DNA from: Nannocystales bacterium
GTDB lineage: Bacteria; Myxococcota_A; Polyangia; Nannocystales; Nannocystaceae
Length of the DNA: 64,000 nt
Direction: 5' to 3'
NCBI GenBank assembly: GCA_050633305.1
Contig: JBOEGF010000036.1
Location: 8,521 to 72,520, forward strand
This document shows positions 1 through 9,720 of the stretch, piece by piece. Both the position numbers and the translations under genes were made by a program. Numbering within the stretch: the stretch's first letter is position 1; every line of letters begins with the position of its first letter. The notes beneath the pieces are model-generated. The model was not told the DNA's origin and searched no databases. It saw only the letters and a program-made list of their open reading frames with translations.

Positions 1-1
1 G

Positions 2-850
2 GAGCCCTTCACAATCGAGCTCCGCGCCACCCCGGGTGACGCGGCGGGACGCTCCCTCTCTGCTGAGTTCGCTTGGGTTGGCGCAGGATCGAGCCTGCAG
101 CATGAACTCGTCCACCTTGTAACGTGGACGGAGGACGGGGTCTCCGCACCCGCGCTGGCCGAGGGGGTTGCGGAGGGGCTCGGCGCCAGCCGGACCGCCG
201 AGATCTGGTTCGATGCGTTCGCCCAGGAGCACCCCGAGGACTTCGCCTTTTTGCCTGCGGAGGAGTTTCAGCCCGATACCGGTACGTACTACGTCGGAGC
301 CGCGCAGATGGTTGCGGCGCTCGAGCGGCGATACGGTATCGAGGCCGTTCGCCGTGCTTATCAACGCGCACCTCGCGACGGGCCGCCCGATGAGATCGAG
401 GACGCTTATCTCGAGGCCTTCGGGGACAGTCTCTACGAGACCTTCGACGAAACCGCGGACGAGCGGCCTTGCGGGTTCCGTCAGTGGCAATGCGACGCCT
501 CCGTCGTTCCCACCGTCGAGCTGCCCTTCGGGTTCACCGCGGCCCAGACCGCAGCGTGCGGGGATGAAACACTCATCGGGGCCGAACTTTCCGGGGACAG
601 CCACTGGTACCCCGAGGCGGTGTTCGCCCTCGAGCTCGACCAGGAGACGTCGTTCATCTTCGAGGAGGACAACGCGTTCGTCCACGGGTTCACTTGTCGA
701 ACCACCTGCGAAGGCCCGAACGGGGTCCCTCCGGATGTCGTCTATCCCTACGTCGGCGTGCCGACCACGCTTCCAGCGGGGCGATACTTCTTTCGGGTTC
801 GGTCGGGAGACCGCGTGAATCCGTTCTCGTTTTCGCTGCGGCCGGCTTGA
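2..850 (+). CDS. C-terminal part of a hypothetical protein with an HExxH (HELVH) motif; 5' end lies outside the window
   Basis: The frame is open from nt 2 with no stop, and the listed ORF 251..850 is its tail. HELVH is encoded at nt 101-115. The composition is protein-like. Confidence 0.45.
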   Translation, partial: EPFTIELRATPGDAAGRSLSAEFAWVGAGSSLQHELVHLVTWTEDGVSAPALAEGVAEGLGASRTAEIWFDAFAQEHPEDFAFLPAEEFQPDTGTYYVGAAQMVAALERRYGIEAVRRAYQRAPRDGPPDEIEDAYLEAFGDSLYETFDETADERPCGFRQWQCDASVVPTVELPFGFTAAQTAACGDETLIGAELSGDSHWYPEAVFALELDQETSFIFEEDNAFVHGFTCRTTCEGPNGVPPDVVYPYVGVPTTLPAGRYFFRVRSGDRVNPFSFSLRPA

Positions 851-1027
851 GTCGGTGCACAGCGCTCGATGGTACCGTCCAACCGGTCCTGCTTCGCTTC
901 GACGTTCCCGCGCACCCACGCAACCCCGGGAAAGAACCGATGGGATCCGTGGTCGTCTCGGCCGTCGGTGCGCTTCCGCTCATGCCACGAGTGCAGCTAG
1001 ATGTCGTGGCGGAACTCGTCGCGAAGA

Positions 1028-2365
1028 TCACTGCTGGAGCGTGACCTCCACGTGTGTCCCATGACGCACGGCACGACCGAGCGAGCGCGGGTCATCAGGG
1101 TGGCCGACGTAGCAGGCGAACAAGTGGACCGCCGTGATGCGGTCCAACAGAGACTCGAGCTTCCGCTCGAGCTCTTTACCAGACATCGGCCCGAGAACTC
1201 TGTTCGTGTTCTCGAATGTGACGCTCGATCCCCACGCCGCGTGGACTGTGCGCGCGTGGGATTCGGCGTTCCGGATCGTTGCGACATCGGGATCGAGGAG
1301 GCTGAGCGGTCCCTCATCCCTCCACATGTCCTGCAGCGTGCCGATGAGCTTTCCGACGGACTTCCTGGCCTCCACGCTCTCCTTGGTGAGCGATGCCAAC
1401 ACCTGAAGCACAGGCCTGTAGGCGCGTTCCGCGAGCTTTCCGATCAGGCTCGCGCACGCTCTGCAACGGTGCTCCGGTTGGATGGCGGTCTCAAAGGCGA
1501 GGAAATCGGGCAGGCACTCCACCAGACCGAGACCCACATCTCGCTGCAGCTGAGTCATGAGCTCCTCGTAGCGGTGCGCGGAAAGGCCGGCATCCCAGCG
1601 CGTCTTCATCCACGCGTGCAGCTCCGCCGCTTCTGGCTTCGCGAGCAGGCTGTCGCGAGCGGCGCGAGTGCTCTCTCGGAATGAGTCGATGAACTCCTCT
1701 TCCTCGAACAACGGTTTCAGCCAGACCTTCGGGTCGCCGTCCTGAGCGACGAGGCCTCCCATGACGGCGACGAGAGTCGTCGGCTCGTGCAGCAAGGCGC
1801 CATTGTCGCCTATGAGGCTGATTGCCGTCGCGAGGTGGGATCGGCTAATCATCTGCTGCATCCAGTACGGGAAGCGTCCGAACCGCTCCTCACGGCGGAG
1901 GCGGCGAATGCCAAGCTCCTGGGCAAGCTTCATCGCCGTCCCGAAGAGCGTCTTCCGCTTCTGAACGAGCTCGGCCCTTAGACCGGCGTCGAACCCCTGT
2001 ACTCGGAGGCCGACTGTTAGCTCCGCGCACGCGATGTCGGCGTGCATGTACTCGACCCGCAAGCGTGCCTCCGAGTCCAGGGCGAGCTCCAGGGCCAGCA
2101 GCTTTTCGAGACCGTAGCGGGCCTTGCCGAGCCTCGCGAGCTCAGGCTCGTCTTGAAAGGTCGCGCGCAGCCGAGCGGCCTCCACGAGATGTCGGTGGAT
2201 CTCGACCCAGAGTTCAAAGATCTCCAGAGCCTCGAGCTCGAGATCCTGCGCGTGCTCCTCGATCTCTGCGAGCGTGGACCGTGCTTCGTCCCACTGCTGC
2301 CCGTCGCGAAAGCCGGTGACGGCCTGGAATCGCCCCTTCATGAACTCTGCAATCATGCTGATCAC
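1028..2365 (-). CDS. Hypothetical 445-aa protein with a C-terminal HEPN-like R-x4-H motif (IRNAESH)
   Basis: Long ORF with coding-like composition, divergent from the XRE-ImmA operon. R365-N-A-E-S-H370 is encoded at nt ~1256-1273. Confidence 0.6.
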   Translation of the reverse strand: MISMIAEFMKGRFQAVTGFRDGQQWDEARSTLAEIEEHAQDLELEALEIFELWVEIHRHLVEAARLRATFQDEPELARLGKARYGLEKLLALELALDSEARLRVEYMHADIACAELTVGLRVQGFDAGLRAELVQKRKTLFGTAMKLAQELGIRRLRREERFGRFPYWMQQMISRSHLATAISLIGDNGALLHEPTTLVAVMGGLVAQDGDPKVWLKPLFEEEEFIDSFRESTRAARDSLLAKPEAAELHAWMKTRWDAGLSAHRYEELMTQLQRDVGLGLVECLPDFLAFETAIQPEHRCRACASLIGKLAERAYRPVLQVLASLTKESVEARKSVGKLIGTLQDMWRDEGPLSLLDPDVATIRNAESHARTVHAAWGSSVTFENTNRVLGPMSGKELERKLESLLDRITAVHLFACYVGHPDDPRSLGRAVRHGTHVEVTLQQ

Positions 2366-2430
2366 CTCGATCTCTCCTCGGCCATCCTCGAATTGCCCAA
2401 CAGCCCACCGCCATCCAGCGCCGGCCCCTT

Positions 2431-2446
2431 CTTGTCAGCTTGTCAC
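2431..2446. promoter_or_regulatory. Tandem CTTGTCA(G/C) direct repeat in the divergent intergenic region; candidate operator
   Basis: CTTGTCAG CTTGTCAC lies 36 nt upstream of the GTG start of the XRE-ImmA gene, in the 116-bp divergent promoter region 2366-2481. Confidence 0.25.
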
Positions 2447-2481
2447 GTGCGACGAAATCGTCAATGTGATAAGTTGAGATC

Positions 2482-3648
2482 GTGCTCCCCACACACCACC
2501 TCGCGGCCAATCTGCGGCGGTTCCGTACCGCGCAGGGCTTGAGCCAGAGCGCACTCGCGGAGCGCGCCGGCCTGTCGCGCGTCGGCTACCGAGACCTCGA
2601 AACCGGCAAGTCGACCCCGCGTCCTGACACCCTTCAGAGTCTCGCCGATGCCCTCGGCGTCGCCATTCCGCATCTCCTTGCGCCCGTTCGCGAACTTCAC
2701 CACGTCCGGTTCAGAGCCGACCGTCAGCTGGCGAAGCGCGAGAACATTCTCGCCGAGGTCGGCCGTTGGCTCGACGGCTATCAGGAAGTCGAGCAAGCCC
2801 TTGAGTCGACCGCGGACTGGAAGCTCGCAGGGCTCGCCAAGAAGCTTCAGAGGTCTACACGCAGTGGCCAAGGTCTCGCCGAGTACGCAGCCCAGGAGGT
2901 CCGCAAGGACCTCGGCCTCGACGGCCAGCTCATTCGGGATATGTGCGGTCTGCTCGAGGACAACGGCGTCAAGCTGCTGACCGTGCCCGTCGCCACCGAT
3001 GGCTTCTTCGGACTCTCCGTAGGCCCGCAAGACGGTGGCCCCGCGGTCGTCATCAATGTTTGGGAGCGCATTACCGTCGAGCGCTGGATCTTCTCCGCCG
3101 CGCACGAACTCGCTCACCTGCTTCTGCATCCCACCGCCTACGACGTCGAGCGCGCCGACGAGAACCTCGAGGAAGAGAGAGAGGCCGACCTCTTCGCCAG
3201 TTTCTTCATTATGCCCCAGGACCTGTTTCAGACCGAGTGGGACGAGGCTCGCGGGCTCGGCCTCGTCGACCGGGTCTTCAAGCTCAAGCGGATTTTCAAG
3301 GTGAGCTGGCAGACCGTCGTCTACCGCGTCACTCTGGGGCTGCCCCGAGCGGAGAAGGACGCCATCTGGACCAGTTTTCGAGATGCCTATCGGGCGCGAT
3401 TCGGACACGAAGCGCCAACGACCACCGAGCCCGAGGCCCTCACCGCCGATGCCTTCACCGGACCCCCGATCTCCCGGGCCGCCGATGAACCCGCCCGCTT
3501 CCTCGGCGACGACTTCCAGGAAGACCGACTCTGTGGACTCGTCCGCAAGGCCCTCGAAACCGAGAACATCTCGCTCGGCCGGGGCGCCGAGATCCTCGGC
3601 CTGAGTCTCCTCGACATGCGAGAGTTGCGGAACTCCTGGATCGACTGA
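2482..3648 (+). CDS. XRE-family HTH fused to an ImmA/IrrE (M78, DUF955-type) zinc metallopeptidase
   Basis: The N-terminus LRRFRTAQGLSQSALAERAGLSRVGYRDLETGK is a classic XRE HTH. The central WIFSAAHELAHLLLH is the HExxH of ImmA/IrrE peptidases, followed by EREADLFASFFIMP. Confidence 0.85.
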   Translation: MLPTHHLAANLRRFRTAQGLSQSALAERAGLSRVGYRDLETGKSTPRPDTLQSLADALGVAIPHLLAPVRELHHVRFRADRQLAKRENILAEVGRWLDGYQEVEQALESTADWKLAGLAKKLQRSTRSGQGLAEYAAQEVRKDLGLDGQLIRDMCGLLEDNGVKLLTVPVATDGFFGLSVGPQDGGPAVVINVWERITVERWIFSAAHELAHLLLHPTAYDVERADENLEEEREADLFASFFIMPQDLFQTEWDEARGLGLVDRVFKLKRIFKVSWQTVVYRVTLGLPRAEKDAIWTSFRDAYRARFGHEAPTTTEPEALTADAFTGPPISRAADEPARFLGDDFQEDRLCGLVRKALETENISLGRGAEILGLSLLDMRELRNSWID

Positions 3649-3652
3649 GCCT

Positions 3653-4147
3653 GTGACACGCGCTCTGTTGATCGTCGATGCGTGTGTGCTCATCGACTTC
3701 TGGCATGCCGACCCCAGCGTCGTCGCTTTGCTCTGTCGGCACGTCGGACAGCTGAACGTCGCGCAGGGCGTACTCGCCGAAGTTCACGGGCTCGATTCCA
3801 GCACCGCCCAAGACGCAGGCCTTCGAGTCATCCACCCAGAGTTCGAGGTCTTGGCCGAAGCTGCCACCGCGAAGCGTGGCCTGAGCTACCAGGACCAGCA
3901 GTGCCTCATCCTCGCGCGGATACACGGCTGGACCTGTGTCACCAACGACGGCCGGCTGCGACGGGTGTGCGCCGAGGATGGCGTCGACGTGCTCTGGGGT
4001 CTCGAGCTGCTCGCACAACTCGTCGAGGCGGCCGGAATCCCGGCCGCACAAGCCGTTGCACTCGCCTACGAGATGGCCCGCGCTAACCGTTACCTGACCG
4101 CCGCGATTTTGACCCGGTTCGAGGACCGCGTTTGTAGCCTCGATTGA
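3653..4147 (+). CDS. PIN-like domain protein (VapC/DUF4411-type putative nuclease)
   Basis: Has LLIVDACVLIDF at the N-terminus and a later CVTNDGRLRR, the acidic-residue pattern of PIN folds. The GTG start lies 5 nt after the upstream stop. Confidence 0.65.
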   Translation: MTRALLIVDACVLIDFWHADPSVVALLCRHVGQLNVAQGVLAEVHGLDSSTAQDAGLRVIHPEFEVLAEAATAKRGLSYQDQQCLILARIHGWTCVTNDGRLRRVCAEDGVDVLWGLELLAQLVEAAGIPAAQAVALAYEMARANRYLTAAILTRFEDRVCSLD

Positions 4148-4204
4148 GCCGCCTCATTGGGGCTGACCGACCACACCCCGTGGTATCAACATCTACGCCG
4201 CGCC

Positions 4205-7200
4205 ATGAAGCCGAACACCTCTCAGCGGTCCCATCTCCTTGGCGCGCTGCGTGCCGACCTCATCGGCCCCTACGCCCCCGAGACGGGCGAGGAGGTCCTC
4301 GTGAAGCCGCCCATGCGGTGGTATCTCACCGGCTTCCTCGTCCCCGAAGGCGAGCTCAACCACGACACCGCTGCCGCCGGTGACGAAGATGAAGAGCTGG
4401 GTGCCGGCGATGAGCCTCAGGGCGAGGACAACCCCGAGCCGGCCGCCAAGCAGCGGCCCATCCTGCCCAGCGCCATCGGTCTGAGCGTCCTACTCCCCGA
4501 TGCCCCCAGCTCCGGCCCGGACACCGTCGTCCTCGACCTCGCGTGGGGCGAGTACGTCCTGCACAACAAGAAGCAGGACGTCGAGAAGCTGTGTGCTGCG
4601 CGGCGGATCCCCGACAAGCGTGCCTTCACTGGTAAGGGGCTCGCTCGAGACCTCTGGGAGCGCGTAGCGAGGCAGGCCAAAGGCGTCACCCTCGATCTCA
4701 GCAAGGCAAAGAACGGCACGCTCGAGAAGTTCAATGTCCCGGGCGCTCCGGGCGTCAAGATCGAGTACCGCGTCGAGCGGCTCGAGCCCGCCGTCGCCGA
4801 CAAGCTGCGCATCGGCAAGCCCGGCCAGGCCGCACGGGCGCTCGCCGTCTTCCTCGTCAACGGTCGCACCATCATGGCTGACCGCGAGCAGGACGGCCGG
4901 GGCTACTCCCGCGAGCTCAACGCACAGAGCCTCTTCCAGCTCGACCTCAGCCTGCGCGCCAGCGGGGGCCTGCTTCCTCGGCCCGACGCCCACTTCAGCC
5001 GGTCCCAGGACTTCGACGACCGGATGGTCGACGTTCAGTTTCGTGACGAGGTCGAGTGGGTCGTCGGGCACGGCATCGCCGCCGAGCCGATCTGCGTCGA
5101 CCCCTCCAAGCGACCGCACCCCAAGACCAACCCCGCCCTCGGTGCCAAGATCGAGTGGTTCCCGCGAACCCGCGTCGCCCGCGTCAAGCCGATCAACACC
5201 GACGACCTCGGCGTCGACGTCGACATGTTCAGCCTCGCCGACATCGACTCCCCCGAGGGCGTCGACAAGGCCCTCGGCACCCTCCCGGCCGCCTATGCCG
5301 CCTGGATCCACAACCAGGCCAAGATCCCCCTCGAGGAGCCCGGGCATTGCCAGACCCAAGCCGAGCTCGTTCGCAGAGCCCAGACCGCGCTCGAGCGCAT
5401 CCAGGCCGGCATCGATCTGCTGAAGGAAGACCCTGAGCTTCGTCAGGCCTTCGCCTGGGCCAACCGCGCCATGGCCGAGGTCGCCAAGCGCCGGATCAAG
5501 GTCCCCCGGCCCACGTGGCGCCTTTTCCAGCTCGCCTTCCTCCTGCTCAACATTCGCGGCGTCTCCGACCCGTCCCACAAGGACCGCCGCGACGTCGAGC
5601 TGCTCTTCTTCCCCACCGGCGGGGGCAAGACCGAGGCCTACCTCGGAGTCATCGCGATGACCCTGCTGCTTCGCCGGATGCGAGGGCAGACCCGCGAGGA
5701 CGGAGGTCTCGGGGTCACCGTACTGCTGCGCTACACCCTGCGGCTGCTCACCCTCGACCAGCTCGAGCGCGCCTCTGCCCTCGTCTGTAGCCTCGAGCTG
5801 ATCCGGCGAGAGCACCCCGACCAGCTCGGCAAGGAGCGGTACTCCATTGGTCTGTGGGTCGGCCGCTCCGGCTCTCCGAACTATCTCAAGGAGGCCAAGA
5901 AGGCGATCGAGGCTTTCAAAGGCAACACCGCGGAGTCGCGCGGATCCCCGTTCCCGCTGGTCAAGTGCCCTTGGTGCGAGACCGAGATCAAGGGCCGGCT
6001 CATGGCCACCCTCCCGCACGGCAAGGCCGCTCCCACGCGGACCGTCGTTGTCTGCGCCAACCGGGACTGCGAGTTCTCCAGCTCGGGTCGCGGCGAGGCC
6101 GGCAAGAAGGTCGGCGAGCTTCCCGTCCTCTTTGTCGACGAGCACATCTACGACGAGCTGCCCTGCTTCGTCGTCGCGACCGTCGACAAGTTCGCCATGC
6201 TCACCCACCGCGGCCAGGCCGGAAAGCTCTTCGGTCGTGTACACAGCTACACTGACCAGGTCGGCGAGCACCGCCGCTACTGGGGCGGTGGGGACGGCGA
6301 GAACCACGTCCGCCCCGGCAAGGGGGCCGAGCTTCTGCCCGATGGCCTGAGGCCCCCCGAGCTGATCGTGCAGGACGAGCTGCACCTGATCTCCGGCCCG
6401 CTCGGCACCATGGTCGGCCTCTTCGAGACGCTCGTCGAGTCCCTGTGCGAACTCGGGGATCCAGAGCATCGCACCGGACCCAAGATTATCGCCGCGACCG
6501 CCACCGTTCGCCGGGCGAGCGAGCAGGTCCGGGCGCTGTACGGTCGCGACAACGCCGAGCAGACCAAGCTCTTCCCGCCCCAGGGCGTCGATGCCTGGCA
6601 GACCTTCTTCGCCGAGCGCGACGCTGATGCCAACGAGCGCATGTACGTCGGCGTCGCTGCTGCGGGCCGCTCCATGAAGCGGAACCTGCTCACCACCTAC
6701 CTCGCCTTGCTCGGTTCAGGCGAGGCACTGTTCAAGCAGGACCCCAAGTCCGCCGACCCCTACAAGACCGTCGTCGGCTACTTCAACAGCCTCCGCGAGC
6801 TGGGCGGCATGCGCCGTCTCGTCGATGACGAGGTCCACTCCCGCGCCGGCAAGCTCGACGAGCGGATCCCGCTGGACCACCGGGCCCCGCATCTGTGGTT
6901 CGCCAACCGAGAGATCGGCGAGCCTGTCGAGCTGACCAGCCGAGAGCGAACCTCCAACATCAGCCGCAACAAGGCCCGCCTCGAGACCGGCTTCCTCACC
7001 GATGGCGAGACGAAGAAGGACCGCGACGCCCTCACCCCCGTCGACGTCGCCCTCGCCAGCAACATGATCGCGGTCGGCGTTGACATCGACCGGCTCGGCA
7101 TCATGGTCATGGCCGGCCAGCCCAAGACCACAAGCGAGTACATTCAGGCCAGCAGCCGCGTGGGCCGGGACGACAAGCGCCCCGGGCTCGTGGTCACCGT

Positions 7201-7786
7201 CTACAACCTGCACAAGCCTCGCGACCGCTCGCACTACGAGCACTTCGTCGCGTATCACGAGAGCTTCTACCGCTACGTCGAGGCGCAGAGCGTTACCCCG
7301 TTCTCCCTGCCTGCGCTCGATCGCGGACTCGCGTCGGTCGTCGTCGGCATGGTCCGGCATACCCGAGAGCCCAAGCTCGCCGCGCCGCGGGGTGCCGAGG
7401 AGACCGAGGCACTCGGTCGCGCCATGCCCTCGGTGGCGGATGTGCTTGCCACGCGCGCCGCCGCCCAGACCGAGGACCCCGCGATGTCGATGGAACATGC
7501 CGTCGTCACCCGGGCCAAGACCATCGGGGACAAGTGGCGAAACATCATCGACCCCACCGTCGACAGTGCGGGCTCCAAGGGACGCTACTGCTACTCGCCG
7601 TATGAGCGGACTGCCGCCAACGCCAAAGCGTTGATGCGGACGCCCGAGCAAGACGCCTCGGCGCCCGACGACGAGAAGATCTCCTACACCGACAATCGCT
7701 ACCCCTTCGTCGCGCCGACCTCCATGCGCGACGTGGAGCCGAGTATTGCGCTTTGGGTCCGCCGCCAACCGAAGAAGAACGACTGA
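4205..7786 (+). CDS. drmA: DISARM DrmA-like SF2 helicase (~1190 aa)
   Basis: Motif I is FFPTGGGKTEAYLG (nt ~5606-5640) and motif II is QDELHLISGPLG (DELH at 6374-6385). A long N-terminal region precedes the helicase core. The gene sits immediately upstream of a DUF1998 gene. The listed ORF starts at TTG 4157; ATG 4205 is preferred. Confidence 0.75.
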   Translation: MKPNTSQRSHLLGALRADLIGPYAPETGEEVLVKPPMRWYLTGFLVPEGELNHDTAAAGDEDEELGAGDEPQGEDNPEPAAKQRPILPSAIGLSVLLPDAPSSGPDTVVLDLAWGEYVLHNKKQDVEKLCAARRIPDKRAFTGKGLARDLWERVARQAKGVTLDLSKAKNGTLEKFNVPGAPGVKIEYRVERLEPAVADKLRIGKPGQAARALAVFLVNGRTIMADREQDGRGYSRELNAQSLFQLDLSLRASGGLLPRPDAHFSRSQDFDDRMVDVQFRDEVEWVVGHGIAAEPICVDPSKRPHPKTNPALGAKIEWFPRTRVARVKPINTDDLGVDVDMFSLADIDSPEGVDKALGTLPAAYAAWIHNQAKIPLEEPGHCQTQAELVRRAQTALERIQAGIDLLKEDPELRQAFAWANRAMAEVAKRRIKVPRPTWRLFQLAFLLLNIRGVSDPSHKDRRDVELLFFPTGGGKTEAYLGVIAMTLLLRRMRGQTREDGGLGVTVLLRYTLRLLTLDQLERASALVCSLELIRREHPDQLGKERYSIGLWVGRSGSPNYLKEAKKAIEAFKGNTAESRGSPFPLVKCPWCETEIKGRLMATLPHGKAAPTRTVVVCANRDCEFSSSGRGEAGKKVGELPVLFVDEHIYDELPCFVVATVDKFAMLTHRGQAGKLFGRVHSYTDQVGEHRRYWGGGDGENHVRPGKGAELLPDGLRPPELIVQDELHLISGPLGTMVGLFETLVESLCELGDPEHRTGPKIIAATATVRRASEQVRALYGRDNAEQTKLFPPQGVDAWQTFFAERDADANERMYVGVAAAGRSMKRNLLTTYLALLGSGEALFKQDPKSADPYKTVVGYFNSLRELGGMRRLVDDEVHSRAGKLDERIPLDHRAPHLWFANREIGEPVELTSRERTSNISRNKARLETGFLTDGETKKDRDALTPVDVALASNMIAVGVDIDRLGIMVMAGQPKTTSEYIQASSRVGRDDKRPGLVVTVYNLHKPRDRSHYEHFVAYHESFYRYVEAQSVTPFSLPALDRGLASVVVGMVRHTREPKLAAPRGAEETEALGRAMPSVADVLATRAAAQTEDPAMSMEHAVVTRAKTIGDKWRNIIDPTVDSAGSKGRYCYSPYERTAANAKALMRTPEQDASAPDDEKISYTDNRYPFVAPTSMRDVEPSIALWVRRQPKKND

Positions 7787-7790
7787 AGCC

Positions 7791-9716
7791 ATGGCACGAG
7801 CAAGCAAGACTGGAGGCAAGGGCGGCAAGCCGCGCCCCGACGGCGAACTGCGGCAGAGCCAGATGATCACCACGTACGGGCCCGGTGCCCTCGTCGACCT
7901 GGTCGCGGACGCCGTCCTGATCCCTGGCCTCGAGCACTGGCACTACAACGGAGCTTCGGGCTACGGCATCGAGCACGACCGGCTGGCCCAGAACCTGCGC
8001 AAGCGGGGCCTCAAGCTGTCCAAGGGGTTGCCGTTTCGAGCGCCGCCCGTCAACGCCGACGAAGACCCCCACCGTGGATGCGGCATCGGGGCCGTGGAGT
8101 TTCCTAGCTGGTTCGTGTGCCCGCAGCGGGGGTGCGGACAGCTGTTGCACAAGCGGGATACCGAGCACCGCAGTGGACGCCGGGTCCACCGCTGCGTGAG
8201 CGCGAAGAAGGACAGCAAGCTCGTTCCGGTCCGTTTCGTCATGGCCTGCAAGAACGGCCACCTCGACGACTTTCCGTGGAATTGGTTCGTGCACAAGGAG
8301 AAGGGCAGCATTTGTGCCGCGCCTGAGCTGCGCCTCACCGACAGCGGCAGCGGCGACCTCAGCGACGTCTTCGTGCGGTGCGATGGCTGCGGCGAGCGTC
8401 GTTCGATGGCTCAAGCCAGGGGCGAGAAGGCGCTACCTGGCTGTAAAGGCAAGCGTCCGTGGCTGGGCTACGGCGTTGGCGACAACAACGTCCGCGAGGA
8501 GTGCACCGAGGACCAGCGGTTGTTGCTGCGAACTGCGAGCAACGGCTACTTCTCCCTTGTCGAAAGCGCGCTGTCGATCCCGGTGCACAGCGGGCTGAAG
8601 GAGGACGTCAAGGCGTTCTTCGACCAGTACGAGGCCAAGCAGCTTCGCAAGCTCGACTCGCAAGCGAAGGTTGAGCTGATGCGCGAGATGCTTCCGTGCA
8701 TCAGCGATGACGCTCCCGCCTGCATCGCCAAACTCTCCGATGCCGAGCTCTGGGAGCGCCTGCAGACCTTCCGCACCGAACGCGACGCCGACGTGGACTC
8801 TGGACCCGTTCGAGCGACGGAATACGCCACGATCCTCACCGCGGGCCCCGAGCGGCCGGGGAGCAAGTTCGACAGCTACGGGGAGCAGCGCGACTACTAC
8901 GCCGAGCGTCCCGCTCCCGGCACCTGCCCGCTGCCGCAGGGGGTTCACGACCTCGTCCTGCTCAAGCGCCTCCGAGAGGTCCGGGTGCTCATGGGCTTCA
9001 CGCGCCTGGAGTCCAAGTCCCAGGACATCTACGGCGAGTTCAACCTTGGGTCCGCGATCGCATCGGTCTCGGCCGCCAGCGATTGGCTTCCCGCCTCAGA
9101 GATCCGCGGCGAGGGCGTGTTCGTGGAGCTGGACATCGACCGGCTCGAGGCCTGGGAGCAGCGGGAGGCGGTGCTGGAGAGAGAAGCCAAGCTCCGGACC
9201 GGGTTTTTCGCTCGGTTCCCGAAAGCCGCCGAACAGGGGATCGACTTTCCCGGCGCCCGCTTCTATCTGCTGCACACGCTTTCCCACCTCTTGATCACAC
9301 AGCTCGCGCTGACGTGCGGCTATGCGGCGTCGGCGATCCGCGAGCGGATCTACTGCAGCCTGCGCGGTTCGGACACCAAGGCTCCGATGGCCGGGATTCT
9401 GCTGTCGACCGGAAGCGCCGGCAGCGAGGGCACGCTGGGTGGACTCGTCGAACAAGGCCGGCGCATCGAGTTCCACCTCACAGAAGCCTTGCGACGGGCC
9501 AACCTGTGCTCGCACGACCCCGTGTGCGCACGGCACAGTCCCTCCAGCGGCATCCCCGGGCGCTCCCTGCTCGGGGCTGCGTGCCATGGCTGCCTCTTCA
9601 TCGCCGAGTGTTCGTGTGAGCGCGCAAATCAGTATCTCGACCGTGCGCTCGTCGTCCCGATCTTGGGTGAGCCCAAGGCCGAACAACTCGCCTTCTTCGA
9701 CCCCGTCCGCGGCTGA
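7791..9716 (+). CDS. drmB: DISARM DrmB-like DUF1998 protein
   Basis: The N-terminus has LRQSQMITTYGPGALVDL. The C-terminal Cys cluster is CSHDPVCARH...GAACHGCLFIAECSCERANQYLDR (nt ~9505-9640), typical of DUF1998/MrfA-type Zn modules. The ATG lies 4 nt after the drmA stop. Confidence 0.8.
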   Translation: MARASKTGGKGGKPRPDGELRQSQMITTYGPGALVDLVADAVLIPGLEHWHYNGASGYGIEHDRLAQNLRKRGLKLSKGLPFRAPPVNADEDPHRGCGIGAVEFPSWFVCPQRGCGQLLHKRDTEHRSGRRVHRCVSAKKDSKLVPVRFVMACKNGHLDDFPWNWFVHKEKGSICAAPELRLTDSGSGDLSDVFVRCDGCGERRSMAQARGEKALPGCKGKRPWLGYGVGDNNVREECTEDQRLLLRTASNGYFSLVESALSIPVHSGLKEDVKAFFDQYEAKQLRKLDSQAKVELMREMLPCISDDAPACIAKLSDAELWERLQTFRTERDADVDSGPVRATEYATILTAGPERPGSKFDSYGEQRDYYAERPAPGTCPLPQGVHDLVLLKRLREVRVLMGFTRLESKSQDIYGEFNLGSAIASVSAASDWLPASEIRGEGVFVELDIDRLEAWEQREAVLEREAKLRTGFFARFPKAAEQGIDFPGARFYLLHTLSHLLITQLALTCGYAASAIRERIYCSLRGSDTKAPMAGILLSTGSAGSEGTLGGLVEQGRRIEFHLTEALRRANLCSHDPVCARHSPSSGIPGRSLLGAACHGCLFIAECSCERANQYLDRALVVPILGEPKAEQLAFFDPVRG

Positions 9717-9720
9717 CCCG

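Noticed and set aside
4490-6469. 659-aa minus-strand ORF antisense to drmA. Similar long antisense ORFs occur at 11007-12806, 44034-46265, 48752-50383, 30987-32567 and elsewhere.
   Set aside because: These are typical GC-rich shadow ORFs. They are Arg/Gly/Pro/Ala-dominated with no motifs, and each fully overlaps a motif-rich gene on the other strand.
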